NCBI GenBank assembly: GCA_004764695.1
Contig: SMSO01000036.1
Coordinates: 620,001 to 684,000 of the forward strand
Reading direction: 5' to 3'
Length of the DNA stretch: 64,000 nucleotides
Origin: Schizochytrium sp. TIO01
Lineage: Eukaryota > Protista > Bigyra: Labyrinthulomycetes
Numbering within the stretch: the first letter of the stretch is position 1; the number at the start of each line of letters is the position of its first letter. The notes under the pieces are model-generated. The model saw nothing but the letters and a program-made list of their open reading frames with translations. It was not told the origin of the DNA and made no database searches. Positions 24,028 through 36,175 of the stretch are shown in pieces. The translations under genes and the position numbers were made by a program.

Positions 24028-25420
24028 AAAGGCTCACTGACCGACTGCCTGACTGCCTGAGGCTGATCCACGGTACGCTCCGAGGTACGGGCCTGCCTTG
24101 ATTGCTTGCGTGCGACGAAGCCAGCTCCAAGCAACCAAGCATCCAAGCAACCAAGCCTGCCTCTGCCTCCAGCGGTTTGGAGTCCTAGTCGGTAAAGTGA
24201 GCCAGCATGTCTTTCACATTGTCTGTCACCTTTCCTTTCTTTTCCACATTTCAGCTAAATAAATCTTTCTTCTTCGAAAAATCACAAATCTAAAACAGAA
24301 CACCATAGAACATAGAACTCAGCCTCGAATCTCTTCAGAGCAGCGTGCCCTCTTTATTGAACAGAGAAGAGAGCCGCCTCGTTGCCGTCAGCGAAGTCAT
24401 TCGTTTTATTATTTTCATCCTCACCATCGCCAACGTTGAATGAATGAAAGGCGGAAGAAAGATTATGGGACGTGAATTTCTAATGGCGCGCCGCCGACAA
24501 AAGCGTTCCAATCGCAAAGAAAGAAAGGAAAAAAAGAAAGTAAAAAAAAGAACGAGGCCTCGCGAAGCGGGCTCAAAAGCCTTTTGAGGCACCGGGCCGC
24601 TGGCATTTCAGCGCCAGGTATTATGGAGGAGCCCAAGGCCGCCTCAGCTTCGGCATTGTCTAATCTAGCTTTGTCGAAGAGGCTGTGGCTGATGTACTTC
24701 GTGAGTGAGAGATGAGAGAGCGAGTGGAGTGAGGTCCTCCTCTCTCTCCTTTTTCAAGGAAAGTACAATCTTCTCTTCTCTCTGTGTCTCTCTCTCTCTC
24801 TCTTTTATTTAAATTAAAAAAGTAAAAAATAATTAACTCTCATTTTCATTTTTAAGGTCTACCTTGTTCATTTATTTTGAACTAGAAGATTGATTTCCCC
24901 TCTCCTGTAAAATACTGCCAATTATAACGAATGTTTGGTTGGTCATATCAATGAACCTGTGCGGCGAAGGTTTCTTCGCGCGCTTTGATGGGGAAATAAA
25001 TGCCTTCTTCGAACTGCAAAAGATGGGGGTTCAACGACACCGATTGGAGAGCAGAACCGCCACTCCCCAACGCAGAACCAGCCAAGAGCGGCGAACGGCC
25101 ATGATCCATCCTCGCAGCGCCAGGAAGATACCTACTGCCCGAGGAATGGATGAATGAATGAATTGATAGAATGAATTGATACAATGGATGGAGAAGCTGT
25201 AATGGCGCCAAGAACAGAACAGCAGGAGCATGATGCGTAGAGCTAGCTATGTAGGCGCTGCATACCCTCTGTAATTGAAGCATGAAATTAGCTTAGCTCA
25301 GAACTTCGAAGTTCTCAGAGCAGTGAGCTTGGGCCGCCATCATTGAGGCAGAAAAAACTGCTGTTGCCGCTCTTGCGGCGAAGGTGCAAGTCCCGCAAAA
25401 GGTACCACCCCTCGGCAACG

Positions 25421-25559
<139 letters not shown>

Positions 25560-27062
25560 CTGCAGTTGAGGATCCTCGCTGCCCTCAAATGGACGGTACC
25601 TTGAAGCAATCGCGAGCGCAACTGCTCTGCTCGCAAAAGATGGGCAGTTATTTCATGCCTTTTTGGAGTTTCTGAGTGGGGTCTCCACCTTTCTTTTTTT
25701 TTTTTTTTTTCTTTTTTGGTAATCAACATTAGGTTTGGGTCATTTCAGTTGAGAGGTTTGGGTTGGGAGTTTATAACTTTATTCGTTTATAATCTGTCGC
25801 TGCTCTGAGCTGAGATGACTTGAGTTGAGTTGACTTGAGTTGAGTTGACCTGCAAGTTCTATTCGATTTCGCTGTTCGTTCTATTTCAAGAGAAATATAC
25901 TAGCCACAGCGCTTCCCAAACGATTGGAGATGAGCCGAAACCCGTTAAGTTTTCGTGAGTTGGCCTAAGATCGCTTCAGCGAGCGTGTAAATTCCCGCTG
26001 CTCTTCGATGCACCAGCGAATGAACAACTAACTTGCTCTGCAAATCTGGGCCACAGTCTACATCATGCATGCATCCATGCATTGCCTATGATTGATTACC
26101 TGAGCGAGCGCCCTCTTCGTTGATCGCCATTTTGCCCTTCTTAGCTCCTCTGCAGTTAGCTAGTGAGTTAGTTTGTTAAACTGTTAGTTTGTTAGTTAAT
26201 TAGTTGTTTGTTAGTTTGTTAGTTAGTTAGTTACCAGCTTCAGTAGTTAGCAGCTGGTAGCCCTGTCCTAGCAAGGCCTAGAGGGGTCAGGTAACAAATA
26301 GGAATGCGCCACACAGAAACAACGAAGCGAAAGAAGAAAAAAAATGGCACCCTCGATCCTGGTGGGGCGCCACGCGGCGGCGGAGCTGCTGACAACGAGG
26401 CCTCTCTCTAGCTAGGCGCAGCAGTAGGTAGCCCTCTCGCTCGCTCATTCTGTTAGACTTTCATGAGGTGCTTCTCAGCTTGGACTTGAAGAGCAGCGGG
26501 AAATACAGCTGGAACAGAACAGAAAAGAAAAGAAAGAAAAGAAAAGAGTGTTTTTCCTTTTCTTCTTTTGTTTGTTTTCTTTTGTTTTCTTCTGTTTTCT
26601 TCTGTTTTCTTCTGTTCTTTTTCTGAATTTGAAAAACAGTGAAAGTCAATTCCAGACCGAGTGAACAAAATGGCACGAATTTGAATCCAAGTTGGTCTCC
26701 ATCCATTCGCGCATCGACGCCACGGCCACCATGAAGTCGAGCTCGCCTGCATGCCTGCCTGCCTGCCAGCCTGCGAGCTGAAGCCGCCCACGGGTACTCA
26801 GCTTCAGGAGGCGCAAACGGCGAGCGAGCGTGTGGCGTTACGCTGTATGTAGCTAGCTAGCGAGCTCGCTGGCCAGCCATCCAGCCAGCAAGCAGGCAAG
26901 GCCTGCGCCAACGGTCGTCCCAAAGCCACTCCAGAGATGCCAAGATGGATGCCGCGCCGAGCGTGGCGCGCTTTCTGGCTGGCTTGCTGGCTTGCATGCA
27001 GGGCAGCGCAGCGAAGACGGCTAAGCTTTCCATCCACGCATCCAGCTGACTTGGGTGAGTGA

Positions 27063-27122
27063 GCGAAGATTTGGGCGAAGATTTGGGCGAAGATTTGGGC
27101 GGAGATTTGGACGAAGATTTGG
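27063..27122. repeat. Minisatellite, 5 copies of the 12-mer GCGAAGATTTGG
   Basis: Three perfect copies and two with one mismatch each. Confidence 0.9.
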
Positions 27123-28432
27123 TGAAACTATGGATGCTCTGGCCATGCGCCAAGCCAGCAAGCCAGCAAGCAAGCAAGCAAGCTTTGCTCTGGCTGGCTG
27201 GTCGACCCGCCTCGCCTGGCCTGGCCTGGCCTGGATTCAACTCGACGGGACTCGAGGATGAATTCACAGCGGCGTGGGGTGCTACCGAAGGCGACTGAGT
27301 GCAGCGGAGGTTTCTGGTAAAATGTGAGTCAACTTGGAGACCACCAAAGTGGAGTGCAGTGCAAATGTGCACTCTGCGAACGTAACAGTACTTTTGTTCT
27401 ATCCATCCCTCCATGTACCTACCTATCTATGTAGTATCTATGCATCTATCGAACAGGTGCTGGGGGAGGTGTTGCAGGAGTGGAAGAAGAACAGCTGGCT
27501 GGGTACAAGGGCAAGAGCAAGAGCAAGAGCCACGGACAGCAGTAGTGGTAGCCAATAGCCAATAGCCAATAGCAACTAGGAAGGGCAGCGGCAGCAGGGG
27601 CACCGCAGCTGCATCGCATTGGGGAGAAGCAGCAAGATGTCACGAGCCAGGTTGAAGGAAGGAAAAGCCGAGGTGTGCGGGATCGTCGTCCGTTGAAGCC
27701 GCGAGGAAATTGTTGTAACTCCTGAGTGCGCAAAATGGAAAACAATGCATGGATGTCTAACTCCTGCCCAACTCCAGGAGCTTACGAATCGATTCCGGCA
27801 GGACTTGTCGAACAAACAAGTTGACGAGGGGAGGGATAAAACGATAACATGGTACTCAGGGCTCCAAGACCCGCCACGAATGACCCTCCTGGGAAGATGG
27901 CTTCATAAAAGATCTCTTAGGACTCTAAGCAAATCTACCGGTCGATGCACTACGGGTGCCTCACGCGCCCCAACTTCACTTGTATCGATTGAAATCCTCT
28001 TTGTGGATCTTGGCGTTGCAGCAGGTTTTTTCCAACCCCTTTGAGCTTGATTACCTACTGAATGCCCACGGCAATTTGCTCGCAACCTGGATTAGGAAAG
28101 CATCAAGTTTGAAGATTTATTGCCGCGTTGTAAACTAGCACATTCACGCACAAAGAACACATCCCAAGAACGTTCCCTGATGGAGCAAGGGATTTCAAAA
28201 CACCTCCTCATGTTGTACTGAAGTCGAACCTCCTTCTAGCCCTTCCATAGATCATGTTATTTTAAAGCATCGGCGCCCTTCCTTGAGAGGGCATTCCTGC
28301 ATCATGCCAACTATTAATAGCATGAAAATGTCTATAAATCCATCAGACCTGGCACCTTGAGAACGTGCTCTGAGCAAAATTGTTGTTCTCTCTTTTCTTC
28401 TTCTGAGAAACGCACTCTCTCTCGCTCTCCCT

Positions 28433-28437
<5 letters not shown>

Positions 28438-28491
<54 letters not shown>
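28438..28491. repeat. (TA)n microsatellite, about 27 units
   Basis: Read directly from the sequence. Confidence 0.97.
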
Positions 28492-28493
<2 letters not shown>

Positions 28494-31400
28494 TATTTGT
28501 ACGAGTTCGACTGCCTTCTGATTTAGGTCAACATCACCACGGCAGATGTGCGTGCTGGCTTGCTTTCGCAGCACATTCTCTCGTGAGAAGGCGGTTCTCA
28601 TAGCCATCGTAAGCCTCCATAAAACATCACATCACGCACGCCACTACTTAAGAACACCAAGGGACTAGAACTCAACTTAGTCAGCGCGACGCTCCGTTTT
28701 CTGCTTCGGAATTACGATGGGTTCAAGCATCGCCACATTTTAGGAACCATCAGACTGATTGTATTCCCTCGGCATTTCGCAGATGCGTGCGTACCAAAGT
28801 TTTGAGTGCAGGAGCCATCAAGATGGCGAATCCTTGCGTGAGTGCTCTTGTTATTCCTCAATTCCGGCTGACATCTTTGTTCGACTGCTCTTGCGGCTAG
28901 CTTCAAGATCGACCTTGGCAATGGGGAAGCCAGCCTCTGCTTTTCCATCCCCAAGCTAGATTATCAGAAGAAACGTCACCTTTCATAGCATCATTCATTC
29001 TTCAAGATTCCACACTACTTCCTATCTATACTGGATACGCCAGAATAATGCATCCCTGTCATTTCGTATGATCAGGAGCCACTCTCGAGGCCCAGCGCAA
29101 ACGAAGATCCACAGACTCGAAGAGCGGCCTTTGCTCGGCGGGTTCTCTTGGCTTGATATCTTTGTCTGCTATGGACCTAGCTAGTAAGTCCATCTATTTG
29201 CTATAAGTAGGTAATTCTTCCCGTCCTCGCTAGAGTTGGCTAAAGGAGTCCTAGGTACTTGCGCAGAACGTCAGCATCGACGTTGACGTTCTGCGAATTT
29301 AATCATCAACTGTAATCGGGAATAACGAAAACCATATGATAAGAGCTCGAATGTAGGCAAAAATAACGTGGATCATGCCAGAGTGCAAGGTACGGAGACT
29401 TGAAGGGATCAAGATCTTAATGCTCGAAAAACCGGCGCCGATGCCTAATGCTGCGGCGCAGGTTATCCTTGCTGCCCTAAAGGTGGATACGAGCAAGAAA
29501 AGAACTCTCTGAGTCTGACTCGTATGAGCTGAGAAGACTTAGACCTTTTCCTGTTTTGCTACCTTAGGCACGAAGGTGAGGTTTCTCTAGTGCTAGGGTC
29601 TTATGTGGAGGGAGTCGGTCTTCAGTGATAAATCCAGCATGTCAAGATATCAAGGAGATTGTTTTGCACGATGATAAGAAGAGTACCAGGATAAGATGAA
29701 TACAATGCAATCGTCAAGCTGCAATCAACATGGTCCCGAGCATGGATGAGTAGTGGTACGATGGCACAGTCTCTACCCTACCTGCTTTAACACCCTAGCA
29801 GTGGGAAAACTATCTTGGGCAGATCCATAAGAATGCAGCGCCCATACAGCAGAGAATTAAAAATTACCACAGTTCTGCGACCCAACTTGCCAATTGGACT
29901 ACCGGCTCATATATTTGTTGTAATAGTTGTGTTTGCCTGCCTTTTGACAACTGCTACAATGAGACTATTCTGATCAAAGCTGAACACTTGCCTTCAGATC
30001 CCTTCAGGAACCCGTCAGTAAATGCAACCAAGGAATATTACAGAGGGAAGAGAAAACATCAATATAAACTGGTATTTCTCGGTAGTCACCGAAAGGAAGA
30101 GAACTCGCCACGTCAACAGCAGTACGCCTCAAACTTGAATATTCCTCTACAAGATTTTGTCTCGTATAGAAGATTTCCTCCCGGAACGTACCAACTTGGA
30201 CTGTATATTTGTAATTTAAAGCATTTTAAAAGACAAACTAAAGAGAGAAAGTCCACATCAAAAAGGTAACATTAAGCTCAAACTTGCTGCTTACTTCTTT
30301 TACTTCCCTGAGCCAGCAGTGGACACTTTTACAGCGGCCCACAAAAATTCAAGTTTAAATCTCCATTGTCGTGCATTTAAAGAGAAGCACCTTAGGAGTA
30401 ACTGGCCAACGTCAGAATGAAGCTTTAGTACCAAGTTCTGACGCTACAGCAAATGAGTGCAGTCGCGGGTACCTTGCGAGAACTGATATGTGACAAGAGA
30501 GCATCACGGACATGGTTTTTGTTTGGGGGTGCTAACTAGGTACCTCCCTCCTCTTGTAACCAAAGAGATGCTGCCTTTCTATTTAGACGAAATAACTTTT
30601 CCATACTTCATTAGTTGTTGTGTGTAAATGATAATTCTATCGTCAAAATTCACTTTGTACGAAGATCACGAACTACTTCAATCATAGGACGTTCTCACGA
30701 CGGTTCTCGTCTAACTTAACATCCTCTCAAAGGCCGCTAGAACAGCCATTTTATATCAAATTGAAATACTCTCGTATATTGATACATTTGTGAGATCCAG
30801 TAAAGCCCGAGTAGCGCTGAAAATCTGATGTTTTTCAATCCTGCTTTGGTAAAGTTGTGTCTGTCACTCACTAGTGCAAGGATCTCTGTTCGGAGGATAC
30901 GTAATCTGAAGACCGTATTCACTTACGCAATAAAGAAATTTCACGTTTGATTGCCGACTAAGTTCTCAAGTTCATTGCATAGCTGATAAAGCCATTTTAC
31001 ACGACCATAGTTCAGGAAAAATGGTAAATTTATCTCTAATACTCTTTTATGTTGAAGTTACAAAGCATTTTGCTTAGCAGAAGTTGTTGCCATGACCTCT
31101 CTATATCCCTTACGTGCATGAAACGTTCTTTCCAGTATTTTCACGAATTTTCTATTACACTCTAAACTAGTATCATGAAATAGCTTTGTAAATACCCCCA
31201 ATATCCGAAATACTCGTCAGATGAAAGCGACTATTGAAAAAGACCATGGCCGTACTGGTCGTACAACACGCCACAAATAAAAGTTTGATATCCTATGCTT
31301 GTGCAAAAGCAATTGGTTAAGCATATCTGGTTAACTCGTATTTCCTACCCTTGCTAATAAATTAGTTAAAGACAGTTGAGGTTGATAGCTCTCTGCAACT

Positions 31401-31942
31401 CTAAAGTGCAGAACTGCACACATCGCTGGTTTCGAAATTGCATGTAAAAAGGGAATTACTTCAAAACCTAGTTTAAGGAATGTGCCTAACCACATGACAT
31501 CTAAATATGAAATCATCTTATAGAAGATGGCCGGGAAATTGTTTACATACCTATGCTAGAGGGTATGCAAGTATGTTAAGTATTTGATCGATTGTAGATC
31601 AATTAGTGAGTTATGGTGTCGGCATTCCGGTGGTGGTTTGATTGATGCTTGATTAGGCGCCCAAACTATAGGTTGTGTATGTACTTATGCCATGTTGGGC
31701 TTAAAGCCCTCTCAACCGAACAGCTAACAGAACTAGGGGCGGTCTGCTAGGAGAGAATCGGTTTAAGATATGCAGCCTACAAAGTGAATCTAGAAATCAC
31801 TAAAGGATATCGAGAAGCAAAAAAAGTAAAGATGAATAGTTTAGCATGGATTACACAAAGAGAAATCTATCTTCATGTACACTTCTTGTCTAATGTGTCT
31901 AAAATGGGGACAAGTCTGTATGCAACAGACAACTAAGCACAA

Positions 31943-32979
31943 TTATTTGGAGAATTTGACCTTTTGGATCTTCACTTCTCCATCCTCCATTTCATACACA
32001 TAAGTTGTAGCGACATTGCCTTTAATGCTCAAGCAAATGAAACTAGGTGTCACAGGGCTAAGATTCACAATGTTATTTTCCCAACACCCAAAATGGGTTG
32101 AGGAACCTAGTTAGCTAATTTGGGACTTCTGAAAAGTTGAAGAAGTACTCTCTCTTTCAAACTTACTGTGTAAACCCGTTGCTAGCTCCTGTGATAGAGC
32201 CAGGGTTGATGAAGAAGCGGCCATCGTGCTCCACAGTCGAGTTACGGTGTGTATGGCCCGTAATCAAGATATCCACATCAAGCTGTAAGATCAAACATTA
32301 TGAAGTCAATTCATTGAATGCATGTTCACGTTAGTGAGATTTCAAAGACAAGAGTTAGATTTCGTGATGAATTAACACGTACCTGTCGAGCATAGCACGC
32401 CAAACTCTCGAGATCTCCCCATGGGACAATTTGATGTCCATGGCATACACCAATCTTGAAGTCGCCAATCTTTACAACAGCATCCTCAGGAAGAGTAGGC
32501 AGCTAGTCACACGTGGAAGGTTAAATCAAATTCCCGTTAGTCGCAATCGCACAATAAAACTTGAAGCATCTTATACCGCAAAGAAGTCCCTCGCACTCCG
32601 ACTTACCTCATCCATTTCGCCGCGAACAACGTGCACACTAGGCGCTAAGGACCGAAGGAAATCAAATTGCTCTTTTGTGCAAATGTTGCCTGTGCAGAGA
32701 ACATGCTGTGTCTTGTTCGGAATAAGCATCTTCTGAAAATTTTCCGGAATCGCAGATGCTCTGTGCGGGATATGAAGGTCGCCAAGCACGACCACCAGCT
32801 GTAGATAGGTAAAGTTACATTCGCAGAGCGTTGCGCGCATCAAATCACAGGTTCGGTGGTACCAAAGGAAACAAGCTGGCACAGTTAGTCAACATTCGAT
32901 TCTCTGCTTTGGATACTCCATTCCTTGCTAAGTTAGTTCACTTTTGGTCCGCAAGAATACTTACCTCACCGTACGACAT
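31943..32979 (-). CDS. VPS29: Vacuolar protein sorting 29 (retromer subunit), 5 exons, 185 aa
   Basis: Exons 32979-32965, 32798-32607, 32502-32383, 32282-32167 and 32057-31943, all GT-AG, total 558 nt. Translation: [18 protein letters not shown]...LCTGN...VRGEMD...[11 protein letters not shown]...DILITGHTH...[10 protein letters not shown]...PSF...VKFSK*. Confidence 0.96.
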
Positions 32980-33439
32980 TGTTAAGACCGTAAGTGTATA
33001 ACTCTGTCTTGCCGCGTGTGCTGACTCTCGCGCCTCTCTTTAGCAGTCCTCAGAGTTCTGCTTGAGTTTATTGCCCAGGTTGATCTTTCTTGCTCTCTGT
33101 ATATCTTCCCACCTTATTTAGCTAGTAGAGGGTTAGTTAATAATTAGCTAGACTTTTCATTTAGCAGTACCAGTAGGTCTAAGAATTGAAAAGTATCATC
33201 TTATCAGTAGAGCAAGTGGCAATTTTATAGAATTTCATCTTCACATGATATAACAAGAATGGCCAGCCAGTGAATGAAAAGGGCATGATGTTCCTGAATA
33301 TCGTTGATTCTTATAGTCTGAGACGAAGAGGATCGATATTTGTAACTCTAAGAAACGAATTTAACACCATAATTATGACATCGTATACTTGGTCTGCAAT
33401 CAAGTGACACCACAACGCATACAATCCGCACAACCTACA

Positions 33440-34100
33440 AAAGAGATTGTAGTTAATATTGCATAAGCCTTCAAAGCCTGAAGATTGTTGTGTATGATCC
33501 GCATCTCGTTCGAAAGAATCACCAATTTCATTGCAAATACATATTCCGCAGGTATATTTCTCACAGGATTCTTGCGCTTTTATCTAGAACATGCTCACTT
33601 TCGTCAACAAAACTTTGCATACTTGATTCTATTATTTGGAAAAGAGCTTCAACCTCCAGGCTAAGCGCATGATAGCATTTTGTATCATTTCTATTCTGGA
33701 ATAGAAAAATATAATCTTTCTTAATTTAATGATTGTCCTTTCTCAACAAGCTTTCATAGAACAGAAACTGAGTTTTGCGCACACAGTCTTACGCAATCAA
33801 ACACATACTGCCAGTCTATAGCCTGCTCGACATCTGCCGGGCAGTAGTTTTGAACAACGGAGTTTTGTATTGCATTGAGGTCATCAAAGAAATGCCTTCG
33901 GTTCTTCTGCTTGGTTTATTCAGGGGCTAGGACTGCTCCCTTGTCTAGAACTTCAGATTTGATGTCTTGATGACTCAGGTCTGCTGCCATGTATCCTTGC
34001 AAGCTCATCTTGTGCTTGCTTGATTCCAATTATTCCTCTATGCGTTCATATGACACCTCAATAACGTTTCCTTTATCAGGTCTCCTGCTTAGCACTCATT
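33440..34100 (-). pseudogene. Decayed coding sequence of unknown family
   Basis: About 110 codons from 34080 (PDKGNVIEVSYERIEE*LESSKHKMSLQGY...DWQYVFDCVRLCAQ) with only 2 stops in AT-rich DNA. It continues after an apparent frameshift (IKKDYIFLFQNR...SLEVEALFQIIESSMQSFVDESEHVLDKSARIL*EIYLRN). Confidence 0.4.
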
Positions 34101-36069
34101 ATCTAGGACTTCTCCAATTATTTAATCATAGAAACGCTAGAGAAGCAAATGGACAGCAAGTTGTAAGGTTGAAATTTGCTCGTTGTAATTGTGGATGATA
34201 AGAAACATTTTCATTTATATAATATTGTTGTTGATAGTGTTGATTATTCTTGAACGCCACCCTTAATTGAAATACTGCCGTTTGCCCGAGAGAGAATTCA
34301 AGTTGATGTTGGTATCTAGAACAAACAGCATGCAAGAGGCTGACAGTTCAGCTGCACATTTCTAGGCAAAAATTCGAAATTGCTCGAGAAAATCGAGATA
34401 ATCTAACTGAGCCAAATGCATGTAAACTTAGAGCCGGTCTACACATGGATGACATCGTACCTGACAGGCTAAATCATTTGTACATCAAACATTTGAATAT
34501 ATTATAAGTTTATCTGTTATCCTTCTCGCTAAGCTGCCCTTTCTTGCAATGAATGCGACACATACAAAACAATAACAGTTACAATCTATAACCCAAGGGT
34601 ATCAAATTTGTTCAATTAAATAAAACTATTGGTTTAGATGATATAGGTCTACAGATGTTTATTCTTGCAGGGAGTGTATTCATCGTTTATGATAATGCGA
34701 ATATATTGCTGTAGTAGTAGTTGAACGCTGATGATCCTACCGAGATATTCTATTTTTTCAGTACAACAAGGCCAAGTATCCTTGCTGGTATTAAGCTACT
34801 ACTTCTACCTCTGAAGGTTGTGTCATGGAGTTCTTACATGCCGGCGAGATTGTTTTGTTGAAATCTTGATCGCCCAAATTAAAAGCTTCTTCTATAACAA
34901 AACATGTGATAATACTAGACACAAAGGAAGAACGAAACCCTTATTGGAACAGTCAGTAAACCTACACAGCTCTATGGCATACATCTTCATTAGTAGAGCA
35001 GTATGCGCATATTATCATAATTAATTTATCAACAAATTAGCAAGTGAGCTCCCCTTTTCTTAAGTATGGTAGGCCTAATGACACAACCTAAATTCTTATG
35101 ATGTAGTCATCACAGACCGCAATCAACAAACTAATAGGAGATCTCTTGAAGCGTCCAACTAGGTCATTGATACAGCAATATAATCATGCGACTCCATCGT
35201 CATCCAACCTATCATCGAGTATACCTATGAACCTACTTTCATGATCAAGGAAACTTCTCCTCGCTCCTCGCCTCCACTTATCATAATAAAAATTCATCAA
35301 AAACTCTCGCCCAAGAAAAGTCTCCTCTGTTAAGATTAGATAAGTCTCTCCAACGCTTTACAAACGCATTACTCTGAGCTAATCAGTACCCTACTACCTT
35401 TTCAAGTAGCAACCCTACTAATGCTACTCCTACTCGCGGCCATAGATAGGCCTACGCATGAGCGATCCTACTACCCTCCTATCCTCTTCCCTAATGCCTT
35501 CACCCCCTATTCTCTCCGTCATCGACCTCCTAGCTTTTCCTGTATTCGACCCCTATTCCCTTCCCCGCCACTCCCTCGATCGCACCTCTACCTCCCTGTA
35601 GCTAACTTGTACCGCTCTCCACCCTGTATTGCCGCTAACCTCCTCTACCCTTACTCATAGCCCCTGCCTTGTAAGCCCCACCTATGCTTATCTATAAGCC
35701 TCTGCCTGTAACGAAAGCAGGGTATTATTTCTATCACTTACCTAACTACGTAGGCCTCCGCTGTAGCACTCGCTATATGTTCCTGGCAACCATCTCCAGC
35801 CAGTTGACAAGCCATTTACTTACCTATTTCGCTGTTTATTCGTTTATTTGTTTTGTTTGATTGTTTGTTTGTTTAGTCTATAGCCAGCTAGCGTCTCCAA
35901 ACTAAGCCTATTCTAGTTCTACGCAGGCTTCGAGCCACTTTCCCGCCACCACCCCTTTAGATCACACGCACTCACACACAGTAGTCATCCTCTCGAGGAG
36001 ACCCACCAAGGTGAGTTCCCCGTGTTCCCACGTTCTGTTCCTTTTTGCATATGAACGCGGTCTATTTTC

Positions 36070-36080
36070 AGGGTTAGGGT
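36070..36080. promoter_or_regulatory. Telomere-repeat-like element (AGGGTTAGGGT) in the RPS25 promoter
   Basis: About 100 nt upstream of the RPS25 ATG. Telo-box/Tbf1-type sites are known in ribosomal protein gene promoters of plants and fungi. Confidence 0.4.
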
Positions 36081-36175
36081 AATATAGACCGTTTTCTTTG
36101 GGTGGCGGGAGAGAGGGAGAGAAAGCAGAGCGGCGCAAGGAGCAGCAGACCTACGACTGATTTTCACGCAGCACC

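Noticed and set aside
27063-27122. Short tandem repeats considered as CRISPR-like arrays
   Set aside because: No unique spacers, no cas genes, and a eukaryotic context.
29330-29790. Protein-like fragments (IMPECKVRRLEGIKILMLEK..., DEYNAIVKLQSTW...)
   Set aside because: Short, separated by many stops, and with no recognisable motif.
30782-31170. Plus-strand frame that reads protein-like if TAA/TAG are read as Gln (alternative code or RIP-like decay)
   Set aside because: About 9 stops in about 130 codons is close to chance for AT-rich DNA, and real genes here end in TAA/TAG, which excludes a TAR=Gln code.
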